A stretch of 64,000 nucleotides of DNA, from assembly GCA_013373595.1 (NCBI GenBank), contig JABXHO010000001.1, positions 4,919-68,918 of the forward strand. Direction: 5' to 3'. Positions 8,799-18,284 of the stretch are shown here, one piece after another. The notes below the pieces were generated by a model. That model searched no databases. It was not told the DNA's origin and saw only the letters and a list, made by a program, of their open reading frames with translations. The translations under genes and the position numbers were made by a program. How positions within the stretch are numbered: the stretch's first letter is position 1; every line of letters begins with the position of its first letter. This DNA comes from Flavobacteriales bacterium. GTDB lineage: Bacteria; Bacteroidota; Bacteroidia; Flavobacteriales_D; Crocinitomicaceae.

Positions 8799-11028
8799 TT
8801 ACGATAACAAAATCGTAAAGTATTTCGCCTATGCCACCATCATATGGGGGATTATCGGGATGCTTGTTGGGATTATTGCCGCGTTGCAATTAGCGTTTCC
8901 CAATTTTTTTAATGAGTACCTAGGATTCCGATATCTTTCGTTCGGACGTATTCGACCACTGCACACCAACGCAGTGATTTTCGCATTCGTGGGGAACGGA
9001 ATTTTTACGGGGGTCTATTACTCCTTGCAACGATTGCTCAAAACGAGAATGTGGAGCGACAAATTGAGTTACATCAACTTCTGGGGATGGCAGTTCATCA
9101 TCGTATGTGCTGTGTTAACACTTCCATTCGGAATTACGGCAAGTAAAGAATATGCCGAGCTCGAGTGGTGGATTGACATCCTTATCGCTATCATGTGGGT
9201 AGTTTGGGGATGGAACATGTTTGCAACCATTTTGAACAGAAGAGTGAAGCACTTGTACGTAGCCATTTGGTTCTACATTGCGACATTCGTAACGGTTGCC
9301 GTGTTGCACATTTTTAACTCATTCGAACTTCCAGTATCATTCTTTAAAAGTTACTCAGCGTACGCTGGGGTGCAGGATGCACTTGTTCAGTGGTGGTACG
9401 GACACAACGCCGTGGCCTTCTTCTTAACAACGCCTTACCTTGGATTGATGTACTACTTTGTACCAAAAGCGGCCAATCGTCCAGTATACTCGTACCGACT
9501 TTCGATTATTCACTTCTGGGCATTGATCTTTATCTATATCTGGGCGGGACCACACCACTTGTTGTATACTTCATTGCCAGACTGGGCACAAAGTTTAGGG
9601 GTTGTTTTCTCTGTGATGTTGATCGCTCCTTCTTGGGGAGGTATGTTGAACGGATTGTTGACACTTCGTGGAGCTTGGGATAGAGTACGTGATGACGTAA
9701 TGTTGAAATTCATGGTTGTTGCCTTAACCGCTTACGGTATGTCAACATTCGAAGGTCCAATGCTTTCTTTGAAAAACGTAAACTCAATCTCTCACTTTAC
9801 TGACTGGACAATTGCACACGTTCACGTTGGAGGATTGGGATGGAACGGTATGCTTACCTTCGGTATGCTTTACTGGTTGTTCCCTAAAATGTTCCGCGTA
9901 AAATTGTACTCTAAGAAGTTGGCGAATCAACACTTCTGGATTGCAACCTTGGGTATTATTCTATATGCCATTCCAATGTACATCGCTGGATTCATGCAAG
10001 GATTGATGTGGCAAGATTTCAAAGAAGATGGAAACCTCGCTCACCCAGAATTCTTGGAGACAGTAACAGCACTTGAACCATACTATGTTCTTCGTGCAAT
10101 CGGAGGGATCTTGTTTATCTCTGGAGCCATTATGATGTTCTACAACCTCATTAAAACCGCGAAATCTGGAAACTTCTTGGCAGATGAGCCTGCAGAAGCA
10201 GCCGTAACCAAAAACGCAAAAGTGAAGAGTGGAGAGTACTGGCACCGTGCGATCGAAAGACGTCCAGTTCGTTTCATGATTTTCACAACAATTGTGATCA
10301 TTATTGGTGGAGCCGTGGAGATCATTCCAACACTTATCGTTAAAAGTAATGTGCCACACATCTCAGCTGTGAAACCGTACACACCACTTGAATTGGAAGG
10401 ACGTGACATTTACGTTCGTGAAGGATGTTACAACTGTCACTCTCAAATGATTCGTCCATTGCGTTTCGAAACAGAACGCTACGGAGAATACTCGAAATCA
10501 GGTGAGTTTGTATACGACCACCCATTCCAATGGGGATCTAAACGTACCGGTCCTGACTTGGCGAGAGAAGGTGGAAAACGTAGTAACTACTGGCACTACG
10601 AGCACATGCTCCGACCAAAAGATATTTCTGACGGAACCGTGATGCCAGCCTATACGTGGTTGAAAGATGATGATTTCGATACAGATTTGATGCCAGCGAA
10701 AATTCGCGCAATGGAAACGCTTGGTGTTCCTTACGAAAAAGAATACGGTAAGGATTATGACCAAAGAGCAGTTGCAGACATGCACGAACAGGCCTTGCCA
10801 ATCGCTGAGGATATCATCAACGATTTGTTGAACAGTACAACGGATGATTTGAAAGCGAGCATGAACAAAGAGCAGCTTGTGAATGATCTAAAAACCAAAG
10901 AAATCATTGCTGTAATTGCTTACCTACAACGATTAGGAACCGATATCAAGAAGATGGCTCCTGAAGAGAAAGAAGCAGAACTTGTGGAGACAGAAACGCA
11001 AGTTGAAAACGATACACTAACGAAATAA
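8779..11028 (+). CDS. ccoNO: cbb3-type cytochrome c oxidase, fused subunits I and II (CcoN-CcoO)
   Basis: 749 aa. The N-terminal ~470 aa form a polytopic heme-copper oxidase core with conserved His residues. The C-terminal part has the CcoO heme c motif CYNCHSQMIRP. Confidence 0.9.
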   Translation: MEVQKFSYDNKIVKYFAYATIIWGIIGMLVGIIAALQLAFPNFFNEYLGFRYLSFGRIRPLHTNAVIFAFVGNGIFTGVYYSLQRLLKTRMWSDKLSYINFWGWQFIIVCAVLTLPFGITASKEYAELEWWIDILIAIMWVVWGWNMFATILNRRVKHLYVAIWFYIATFVTVAVLHIFNSFELPVSFFKSYSAYAGVQDALVQWWYGHNAVAFFLTTPYLGLMYYFVPKAANRPVYSYRLSIIHFWALIFIYIWAGPHHLLYTSLPDWAQSLGVVFSVMLIAPSWGGMLNGLLTLRGAWDRVRDDVMLKFMVVALTAYGMSTFEGPMLSLKNVNSISHFTDWTIAHVHVGGLGWNGMLTFGMLYWLFPKMFRVKLYSKKLANQHFWIATLGIILYAIPMYIAGFMQGLMWQDFKEDGNLAHPEFLETVTALEPYYVLRAIGGILFISGAIMMFYNLIKTAKSGNFLADEPAEAAVTKNAKVKSGEYWHRAIERRPVRFMIFTTIVIIIGGAVEIIPTLIVKSNVPHISAVKPYTPLELEGRDIYVREGCYNCHSQMIRPLRFETERYGEYSKSGEFVYDHPFQWGSKRTGPDLAREGGKRSNYWHYEHMLRPKDISDGTVMPAYTWLKDDDFDTDLMPAKIRAMETLGVPYEKEYGKDYDQRAVADMHEQALPIAEDIINDLLNSTTDDLKASMNKEQLVNDLKTKEIIAVIAYLQRLGTDIKKMAPEEKEAELVETETQVENDTLTK

Positions 11029-11038
11029 CACAGGAACT

Positions 11039-11242
11039 ATGTTACGATATATCAAACATAATATGACAGAAATAGATGGGATCGATATTTACCCGATCAT
11101 TTCACTACTCATCTTTGTCATCTTTTTCGTAGTGATGTTTACCTATGTTGCTCGAATGAAGAAGTCAAGAGTGGAAGAGCTAAGCGCACTTCCTTTCGAA
11201 GAGGACAATAATGTTGAACCTAAGCACCCGCTTGAAAAATAA
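11039..11242 (+). CDS. ccoQ: CcoQ/FixQ-like small cbb3 oxidase subunit
   Basis: 67 aa with one TM (IYPIISLLIFVIFFVVMFTYV), positioned between ccoNO and ccoP. Confidence 0.65.
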   Translation: MLRYIKHNMTEIDGIDIYPIISLLIFVIFFVVMFTYVARMKKSRVEELSALPFEEDNNVEPKHPLEK

Positions 11243-11248
11243 ACGAGT

Positions 11249-12700
11249 ATGAAAACGAGATTGAAATATTTAGTCATCCTCATTCTATGGATCAACAGCG
11301 GAGGAATCTTCGCTCAAGATGGTGAAGCTTTGTTTAAAGCAAAGTGTAGTACATGTCACAAGCTCGGTGGAGACATGACAGGTCCTAACTTAAAAGGAGT
11401 AAAACAAAAATGGGCTGACGCTGGAGAAGCAGACCTTTTGTACGAATGGGTGAAAAACTCGAAAACACTCATCGACGGTGGAAAGAGCCAAATGGCTTTG
11501 GCTATTAAAGATTACGACGCAAGTGTGATGTCTCCTCAAGTAGTAACGAACGCAGATGTAGATGCGATCTTGGACTTCGTTGATAATTGGACGCCACCTG
11601 TGGCAGACGAGAAAGCAGATCCAACAAACACTGCAGAACCAGAGGTTGTTCTTCTTCCAAACTACGAAACCAACCTAACTGTGTTCTATGCATTGGTGAT
11701 CACAGCGATTATTTTGCTTATCGCAATTGCTATGATGTCAGGTGCGATTAAACGATTCATTGGTTCGGATTACTTCAAGGAGCGATTTGCGAAGATGAAT
11801 CCAGCAGAAACTGAGAGCGACGAGGACAGCAAGTCTGGAGGATTGAAAAATCTAGTCTTGGTGATTATTGGAACTACCTTTATTGCAAATAGTAGTAACG
11901 CCCTCGATTTCCTTCAGCCAGGAGAAGCGGTTGATGGACAGCCTTGGTTGTTAGTCGAAAATTCGGACTTGTATGCATTAGTTGGATTCAATGTCTTGTT
12001 AGTGGGTGTATTGCTCTACATGAGAAGACTGTTCAACAACTTCGTATCAATGGTGACTGAGGAGAAAACGCCAGAGGAAATCAAAGAAGATGCGGTGGTA
12101 ACGAAGGTGAACAAAATCCTCACGGACGCTGTGGCCATCGAAGATGAGGAAACAATCTTGTTGCACCACGAGTACGATGGAATCCGAGAGTTGGACAACA
12201 ACTTGCCGCCATGGTGGGTGTGGATGTTCTACGGAACGATCATTTTTGGTGTAATCTACATCTTCAACTACCATATTTTAGGTACTTCTGATCTACAGAT
12301 TGAAGCCTACGAAAAAGAAGTAAAGCAAGCTGAAATTGAAAAAGAAGCATACCTGAAAGCAATGGCAATGAACATCGATGAAACAAACGCTGTTCAAATG
12401 ACCGATGCAGCAGATCTTACAGCAGGTAAAAAGCTATTCGAAGCGAACTGTGTAACCTGTCACTCTGCAAATGGTGAAGGTAACATTGGACCAAACTTGA
12501 CGGATAAGTCTTGGATTTATGGTTACGACATTGCAAGTATCTACAAAACAATTCGTGCAGGATCTCCAAACAACAAGATGCCTGAACACGAGTCTAAACT
12601 GAACCCAGTTGAGATACAACAAGTTGCTTCGTTCGTAATGTCCTTGCCATATGCGGAAGGAAATGCACCTCAAGGAGATATCATTGAGGAAGATGAATGA
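11249..12700 (+). CDS. ccoP: cbb3-type cytochrome c oxidase subunit III (CcoP) with an extra N-terminal monoheme domain
   Basis: FixP_N-like HEYDGIRELDNNLPPWW plus a TM, a C-terminal CVTCH heme site, and additionally a signal peptide with CSTCH at the N-terminus. Confidence 0.8.
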   Translation: MKTRLKYLVILILWINSGGIFAQDGEALFKAKCSTCHKLGGDMTGPNLKGVKQKWADAGEADLLYEWVKNSKTLIDGGKSQMALAIKDYDASVMSPQVVTNADVDAILDFVDNWTPPVADEKADPTNTAEPEVVLLPNYETNLTVFYALVITAIILLIAIAMMSGAIKRFIGSDYFKERFAKMNPAETESDEDSKSGGLKNLVLVIIGTTFIANSSNALDFLQPGEAVDGQPWLLVENSDLYALVGFNVLLVGVLLYMRRLFNNFVSMVTEEKTPEEIKEDAVVTKVNKILTDAVAIEDEETILLHHEYDGIRELDNNLPPWWVWMFYGTIIFGVIYIFNYHILGTSDLQIEAYEKEVKQAEIEKEAYLKAMAMNIDETNAVQMTDAADLTAGKKLFEANCVTCHSANGEGNIGPNLTDKSWIYGYDIASIYKTIRAGSPNNKMPEHESKLNPVEIQQVASFVMSLPYAEGNAPQGDIIEEDE

Positions 12701-12721
12701 TTGAAACAAAATAAGTGAGAG

Positions 12722-14140
12722 ATGATTGAAGAGGAAGAACACCAGGAAGAAGCATTCCGCGACCGGATTGCTACAGTAGAGGAGGACGGAAGTAGAAAAT
12801 GGATTTTCCCAAAGAAACCTTCAGGTAGGTTTTACAATTACAGGAAGATCGTGAGCTACGTACTGTTGATCTTTCTCTTCGCCGCTCCACACATAAAAGT
12901 GGGAGGTGAGCAGTTACTTCTCTTTAATGTTATCGAACGTAAGTTCGTCATCTTCGGAAAGATATTTTGGCCGCAAGATCTGTACTTATTCGCGATTGCA
13001 TTTGTGATTGGAATTGTATCAATTATTCTCTTTACAATTATTTATGGTCGCCTGTTCTGCGGATGGGTCTGCCCTCAAACAATTTTCATGGAGATGGTCT
13101 TCCGTCGAATTGAATACTGGATTGAAGGGGATTGGACTCGACAGAAAAAATTGGCTGCGGCTCCTTGGAATGGCGAAAAAATCAGAAAGCGTTTGCTAAA
13201 ACATACGATCTTCTGGTTGATCTCTTTCCTAATCGCAAATACCTTCTTGGCATACATTATCGGTTCTGATGAATTGTGGAGTATCCAAACAGGTACCTTC
13301 AGCGAGCACTATGGAGGATTTATCGCAATTGTAATTTTTACCACGGTTTTCTATATGGTATTCAGTCGATTGCGAGAGCAAGTGTGTACAACTATTTGTC
13401 CATACGGTCGACTTCAAGGAGTGCTTTTAGATCCAAACTCAATGGTTGTGGCATACGACCACGTGCGAGGTGAAAAAGAAGAAGGAAGAGCGAAATTCCG
13501 TAAAAATGAAGATCGCGCTGCCACGGGAAAAGGAGACTGTATCGATTGTCACCAATGTGTGAATGTTTGTCCAACAGGAATTGATATTCGTAACGGAACG
13601 CAACTAGAATGTGTCAACTGTACGGCCTGTATTGATGAGTGTGATCACATGATGGATGCCGTGGGATTGGAAAAAGGATTGATCCGCTTCGTTTCTGAAA
13701 ATGGAATTAAGAATGGAACGCGTTTCCAATGGACCCGAAGAGTGAAAGCATACACAGCCTTGCTGATTGCTTTGATGGGCGTTCTGATTGTTCTACTTGT
13801 TACACGAAGTGATTTTGAAGCGAAAATTTTACGTCAGCGTGGAACAACGCATCACGTGACAAAAGAAGGGAACATCGGAAATATTTTCGAAATCAACCTG
13901 ACGAATAAGACAAAGGAAAAATTCAATGTTGAATTGAAAACAGAGGATTCAGATGCAAAAATTGATGTCGTTGTTGATTCACTCATATTGAAAGGAGGTG
14001 GAGAAATGAAAGAACGCTTTGTAATGAGTGTTCCGATCAACCGCCTGAAGAATGGAAAAGTAGATATTGATGTGATCGTTTATGGAAACGGCAAGGAAAT
14101 AGAAAGAGTTCGGGCCAGAATGATTGGTCCATTAATCTAA
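12722..14140 (+). CDS. ccoG: cytochrome c oxidase accessory protein CcoG (4Fe-4S ferredoxin-type)
   Basis: Two ferredoxin motifs, CIDCHQCVNVCP and CVNCTACIDECD, plus N-terminal TM helices. Confidence 0.9.
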   Translation: MIEEEEHQEEAFRDRIATVEEDGSRKWIFPKKPSGRFYNYRKIVSYVLLIFLFAAPHIKVGGEQLLLFNVIERKFVIFGKIFWPQDLYLFAIAFVIGIVSIILFTIIYGRLFCGWVCPQTIFMEMVFRRIEYWIEGDWTRQKKLAAAPWNGEKIRKRLLKHTIFWLISFLIANTFLAYIIGSDELWSIQTGTFSEHYGGFIAIVIFTTVFYMVFSRLREQVCTTICPYGRLQGVLLDPNSMVVAYDHVRGEKEEGRAKFRKNEDRAATGKGDCIDCHQCVNVCPTGIDIRNGTQLECVNCTACIDECDHMMDAVGLEKGLIRFVSENGIKNGTRFQWTRRVKAYTALLIALMGVLIVLLVTRSDFEAKILRQRGTTHHVTKEGNIGNIFEINLTNKTKEKFNVELKTEDSDAKIDVVVDSLILKGGGEMKERFVMSVPINRLKNGKVDIDVIVYGNGKEIERVRARMIGPLI

Positions 14141-14152
14141 AATTCTAAGAAG

Positions 14153-14575
14153 ATGAATTGGGGAAAAGGTTTAATGATGGCAATGATTGCGTTTATGGCG
14201 TTTATTGTCACACTAGTAGTATCGTTGGTGTCACATGATGTCCAGCTCGATACAGAAGATTATTATCAGCTTGACTTAGCGTACGACGGAGAAATGGAAG
14301 CGATGAATCGTGCGAATGGTCTCGAAGAGCAAATTGCATTGACGAAAGAGGAGAATGGCTACGTGGTAGAGATTCCTTCTAATCAATTTATTACAGATGT
14401 CAGTGTGTTTTTCAATCGTCCGAATGATAAAACGCAGGACTTTGTGATCGAAGTAGGGGACAAACGAATGGAGAAAATTCCATTGGATAAATTGCATCCT
14501 GGCGTGTACAATATTGAATACCGTTATTTCTCAAAAGGAAAAGCGTGCTTGCAGAAGGATCGAATATACGTTTAG
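14153..14575 (+). CDS. ccoH: FixH/CcoH family protein
   Basis: 140 aa with an N-terminal TM, positioned after ccoG. Confidence 0.7.
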   Translation: MNWGKGLMMAMIAFMAFIVTLVVSLVSHDVQLDTEDYYQLDLAYDGEMEAMNRANGLEEQIALTKEENGYVVEIPSNQFITDVSVFFNRPNDKTQDFVIEVGDKRMEKIPLDKLHPGVYNIEYRYFSKGKACLQKDRIYV

Positions 14576-14576
14576 T

Positions 14577-15356
14577 ATGGAAACAATACTCGTCACCGGA
14601 TTAATTTTAGGACTCGCATCCAATTTCCATTGTTTGGGAATGTGCGGACCTATCGCGATGGTACTTCCTTTGAACCGTTCCAATAATTGGACGATTTTAG
14701 GAGGAACCCTTCAGTACAACCTTGGGCGTACGTTAATGTATGGATTGCTCGGAGTCCTTTTTGGATTGCTCGGAGTAACGATCCAAGTGTTTGGTGTGCT
14801 TCAATGGCTCAGTATTTTGGCTGGAATTGCGCTTGTGATCTTCGCCTGGAGAAAGCAATTGAAAGTTTGGTTTCCGCACGTGTCGAATCCGTTTGGGATT
14901 CAATCTGGAATCCAAAAGTTAATGGGGAAATCAATGAAATCTAAATCGCGATTCCGCTTGTTTGCTTTTGGAGCAATCAATGGTTTGCTGCCTTGTGGAA
15001 TGGTATACGTAGCGTTGTTGAATGCTTTACTAGCCGATAGTTTGGTGTCCAGCTCGCTAGCAATGGTCGCTTTTGGAGTAGGAACGCTTCCTGTAATGAT
15101 TTTCATTCCTTTTATGTCGAACAAAATTGGCGTGGAAACACGTAAAAAGTTAAATCGAACGATTCCATATGTTTTAACGGTTGTAGGATTGATGATCGCC
15201 TTGAGAGGAATGAACTTGGGTATTCCATTTGTAAGTCCTCGCATTTCTGTTCCAACGGCTACGGTAGTCGATGAAGGGCAAGAGCAACAAGTTGATAATG
15301 AAATACAAGCGCCAGTGAAAATGGATTGCTGTCATTCTGGTTCAGATTGCGAATAA
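14577..15356 (+). CDS. DsbD_2 / TauE-SafE-like membrane protein associated with cco clusters
   Basis: Polytopic membrane protein with the CLGMCGP motif. The ATG at 14577 lies 1 nt after the ccoH stop. The longer ORF start at 14514 overlaps ccoH. Confidence 0.7.
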   Translation: METILVTGLILGLASNFHCLGMCGPIAMVLPLNRSNNWTILGGTLQYNLGRTLMYGLLGVLFGLLGVTIQVFGVLQWLSILAGIALVIFAWRKQLKVWFPHVSNPFGIQSGIQKLMGKSMKSKSRFRLFAFGAINGLLPCGMVYVALLNALLADSLVSSSLAMVAFGVGTLPVMIFIPFMSNKIGVETRKKLNRTIPYVLTVVGLMIALRGMNLGIPFVSPRISVPTATVVDEGQEQQVDNEIQAPVKMDCCHSGSDCE

Positions 15357-15441
15357 TCTTTGCTTGAGTTAAACTGAGAAAAATCCTTCTATTCCGTTGA
15401 ATTGAGTAACAAAAATTACATTCTAGCTCCATTTAAGGACG

Positions 15442-15449
15442 TATCTTTG
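15442..15449 (+). promoter_or_regulatory. -7 promoter box TATCTTTG
   Basis: Lies 17 nt upstream of the ATG at 15466. Confidence 0.35.
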
Positions 15450-15465
15450 TATAAACGACAATCAG

Positions 15466-15879
15466 ATGGCAAAATTAATCGGAAAGGGTTCAAAACTCTA
15501 TAGTATTTTCAGAATGAAATGTCCTCGCTGTCAAGAGGGAGATTTCTTTGTTTCACATCCATACGATTTAAAGAATGCAGGGAATACGCACGAACATTGT
15601 TCCAATTGCGGATTGAAATACGAAAGAGAACTCGGTTTCTTCCAGGGCGCAATGTATGTTTCCTATGCGCTCGGAGTAGCATTATTCGTTACGCTTTGGG
15701 TGTCGTTTAACCTGTGGTTTCCGCAGATGTCAACGGGAATGCAAGTGACCATCGTGGCAGTTTCGTCGGTTGTCTTGACGCCATACATGTACGCATTGTC
15801 GAAAATTATTTGGATTAACCTTTTTATTGGCTACCAAAAGCCAGAAGAGAGAAAGAAGGAAGAACTCTCGAAGCAATAG
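15466..15879 (+). CDS. DUF983 domain membrane protein (zinc-ribbon plus 2 TM)
   Basis: CPRC...CSNC zinc-ribbon followed by two TM helices. Confidence 0.7.
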   Translation: MAKLIGKGSKLYSIFRMKCPRCQEGDFFVSHPYDLKNAGNTHEHCSNCGLKYERELGFFQGAMYVSYALGVALFVTLWVSFNLWFPQMSTGMQVTIVAVSSVVLTPYMYALSKIIWINLFIGYQKPEERKKEELSKQ

Positions 15880-16171
15880 GGATTTAATTTTTGATAGAAG
15901 CCCTAGCTTCTACGTACTCATCATTATCTAATAGTATTGCGATGTGTACTCAGCCGATAGTTTATCCGAGGTAATGATCCTCCTGAGGCTTTTGAAGCTA
16001 TAATGTACAACACTTTCCTTCTGGAAAAATAAAGGAAAGGATAAACAGATCCACCTCGTCGAAAAACCTGACGATCAATATCCCTGAACTATCCAAAATC
16101 TGATCTCCTAACTATCGTATCAGAAAATCGGAAAATCAGACGATCGAACAACCAGTACTCGGATAATCAAC

Positions 16172-17374
16172 CTAACAAAAAGTTCTACCTGGATACACCT
16201 TCAACGCTTCCTCCAAACATTTTACCGCTTTCTTCAGCGATTCTTTGTTCAATACGTAAGCGATTCGGGCTTCCTGAGTTCCGTAACCTTCGGTTGAATA
16301 GAATCCACTCGCTGGTGCCATCATTACTGTTGCTCCTTCGTATTCGAAGCTTTCCAACAACCATTGACAGAAACGCTCTGTGTTATCGACTGGAAATTGT
16401 GCCACACAGTAAAATGCTCCGCTTGGTTTTGGGCAAAATACACCTTCGATGGCGTTCAATCCGTCTACCATGATATTTCGACGCTCCACGTATTCTTCAA
16501 CTACATTGTCGAAGTACGATTGAGGTGTTTTCAACGCAGCCTCTGCAGCAACTTGATCAACTGTTGGAGGGGATAATCGCGCTTGTCCAAATTTCAATGC
16601 AGATGTCATCACTTCTTTGTTTTTCGAAACGATGGCTCCAATTCGTGCTCCACACATCGAGTAACGCTTCGAAACCGAATCAATCATAATTACATTGTTT
16701 TCGATTCCTTCCAAATTCATCACAGAAAAAGGCGTTGCTCCATCATAACAAAACTCGCGGTACACTTCATCAGCAAACAAGAACAAATCATGCTTCTTCA
16801 CGATATCGCGTAGCTTCTCCAATTCTTCTTGCGAGTATAAATATCCCGTAGGGTTTCCTGGATTACAAATCACAATCGCCTTGGTTTTCGGCGTAATTTT
16901 CTTCTCGAATTCTTCTACTGGAGGCAAGGCAAATCCATCGTTGATGTTCGCCGTTACGGGCACTACATTTAATCCTGCCGCTACAGCAAATCCATTGTAG
17001 TTCGCGTAGAATGGCTCAGGAATAATCACTTCATCGTCTGGATTACACGTTGACATGAATCCAAAACTAAGCGCTTCCGATCCTCCTGTGGTGATCATGA
17101 TGTCTTCAGAAGAAACATCGATCCCCACTTTTTGGTAATAGGCCGCCAAATTATCTCTGTATGATTGAAATCCTGCCGAATGGCTGTATTCGATCACTGA
17201 TTCATCGAAGTTTCGAATCGCGTCCAACGCAACTTGTGGCGTTTCAATATCAGGTTGACCAATATTCAGGTGGTAAACGTTCTTTCCTTGCGCCTTTGCT
17301 TTTTCAGCGTAAGGAACCAATTTACGAATAGGTGACTCGGGCATTGTTACAGCCTTGCGAGAGATACTTGGCAT
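16172..17374 (-). CDS. pyridoxal phosphate-dependent aminotransferase, class I (aspartate/aromatic type)
   Basis: 400 aa with PLP-lysine context SVSKRYSMCGARIG and an NPGNPTG motif. Confidence 0.9.
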   Translation of the reverse strand: MPSISRKAVTMPESPIRKLVPYAEKAKAQGKNVYHLNIGQPDIETPQVALDAIRNFDESVIEYSHSAGFQSYRDNLAAYYQKVGIDVSSEDIMITTGGSEALSFGFMSTCNPDDEVIIPEPFYANYNGFAVAAGLNVVPVTANINDGFALPPVEEFEKKITPKTKAIVICNPGNPTGYLYSQEELEKLRDIVKKHDLFLFADEVYREFCYDGATPFSVMNLEGIENNVIMIDSVSKRYSMCGARIGAIVSKNKEVMTSALKFGQARLSPPTVDQVAAEAALKTPQSYFDNVVEEYVERRNIMVDGLNAIEGVFCPKPSGAFYCVAQFPVDNTERFCQWLLESFEYEGATVMMAPASGFYSTEGYGTQEARIAYVLNKESLKKAVKCLEEALKVYPGRTFC

Positions 17375-17451
17375 AAAATCAATTTTGCGGCGAATTTAAG
17401 GAGAAAGTTGTATTTCACCGAATTCCATTTACTTTTTGTTAATTTCAATCC

Positions 17452-18246
17452 ATGATTGCTAAAAGGCTAATTGTTCCCATTTTGATTGGAGTGTTTGTGG
17501 TTGCTTGTTCCGAAGTCCCTGTCCCTGTGAAAGAAAGAATAGAAATAGAGGAGGAGATTGTTCAAAAAGATCCTCAGCTCATCCAAGATTCAATTGATCG
17601 TGTAAAGCGAGATTCTCTCACGGATAGTTACCTGAAAACATTCAATTTGGTGAATATTCAATCGATTGATACGTCCATTCAGGTAGATTTGAGATATGCA
17701 ACGGACAACAATTTTATGGGGCATGTTTTATATGATACCTTGAATGCTTTATACCTGCAAGAAGATGTTGCGGAACGGATTTCTGAATGCCAGAGTTATC
17801 TGAAGTCCATTCACCCGAATTATTCATTGTTGATTTATGACGGTGTCCGTCCACTTGAAGTACAGCGCGAAATGTGGAATGCTTTGGATTCAATCCCTCC
17901 GTTGAACAGAGGTAAATTCGTTTCAAATCCTTCCTACGGAAGTGTGCACAATTTTGGAGCCGCAGTTGACCTCACGATATGCGATGAAAACGGTGTTCCT
18001 CTCGATATGGGAGCAGGATATGATGACTTTCGAGACATTGCGTTTCCAAGCAAAGAGTGGAAATTTCTTGCTTCGGGAGAACTCACCAAAGAACAACATG
18101 AGAATCGAAAACTCCTTCGAGAAGTGATGAAATCACAAGGTTTTCGAAATATTCCAAGTGAATGGTGGCACTTTAACGCCTGTTCACGAGATCAAGCGGT
18201 GGTGAAATACAAGAAGCTGATTTTTGAGAGTGGACCGAAAAAATAA
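17452..18246 (+). CDS. M15 family D-alanyl-D-alanine dipeptidase (VanX-like), secreted/lipoprotein
   Basis: Motifs SVHNFGAAVDLT and EWWHF, with an N-terminal signal containing Cys (VVACSE). Confidence 0.85.
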   Translation: MIAKRLIVPILIGVFVVACSEVPVPVKERIEIEEEIVQKDPQLIQDSIDRVKRDSLTDSYLKTFNLVNIQSIDTSIQVDLRYATDNNFMGHVLYDTLNALYLQEDVAERISECQSYLKSIHPNYSLLIYDGVRPLEVQREMWNALDSIPPLNRGKFVSNPSYGSVHNFGAAVDLTICDENGVPLDMGAGYDDFRDIAFPSKEWKFLASGELTKEQHENRKLLREVMKSQGFRNIPSEWWHFNACSRDQAVVKYKKLIFESGPKK

Positions 18247-18247
18247 T

Positions 18248-18269
18248 GGGAGCACGAAATCGCACTCCC
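18248..18269. terminator. hairpin between convergent genes (GGGAG...CTCCC)
   Basis: GGGAGCACGAAATCGCACTCCC lies between the stops at 18246 and 18285. Confidence 0.4.
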
Positions 18270-18284
18270 ATAATTGCATGTGTT

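Noticed and set aside
9961-10801. Several antisense ORFs (61-132 aa) inside ccoNO. Similar ones lie inside secDF (50353-51258), ccoP, ccoG and the DsbD_2-type gene.
   Set aside because: They are shadow ORFs opposite strongly supported genes and show no independent signals.
14514-14576. 5' extension of the DsbD_2-type ORF that overlaps ccoH by 62 nt.
   Set aside because: The ATG at 14577 follows the ccoH stop directly and starts with a TM helix typical of the family. The extension encodes non-membrane sequence in the ccoH region.
15962-16167. 9-bp inverted pair TTATCCGAG / CTCGGATAA with DnaA-box-like TTATCC cores. I considered a MITE or an origin-like element.
   Set aside because: The chance expectation for a 9-bp inverted pair within ~300 bp is roughly 0.2. 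There are no target-site duplications, no dnaA nearby, and only a 6 of 9 match to TTATCCACA. It is kept only as a detail of the spacer finding.
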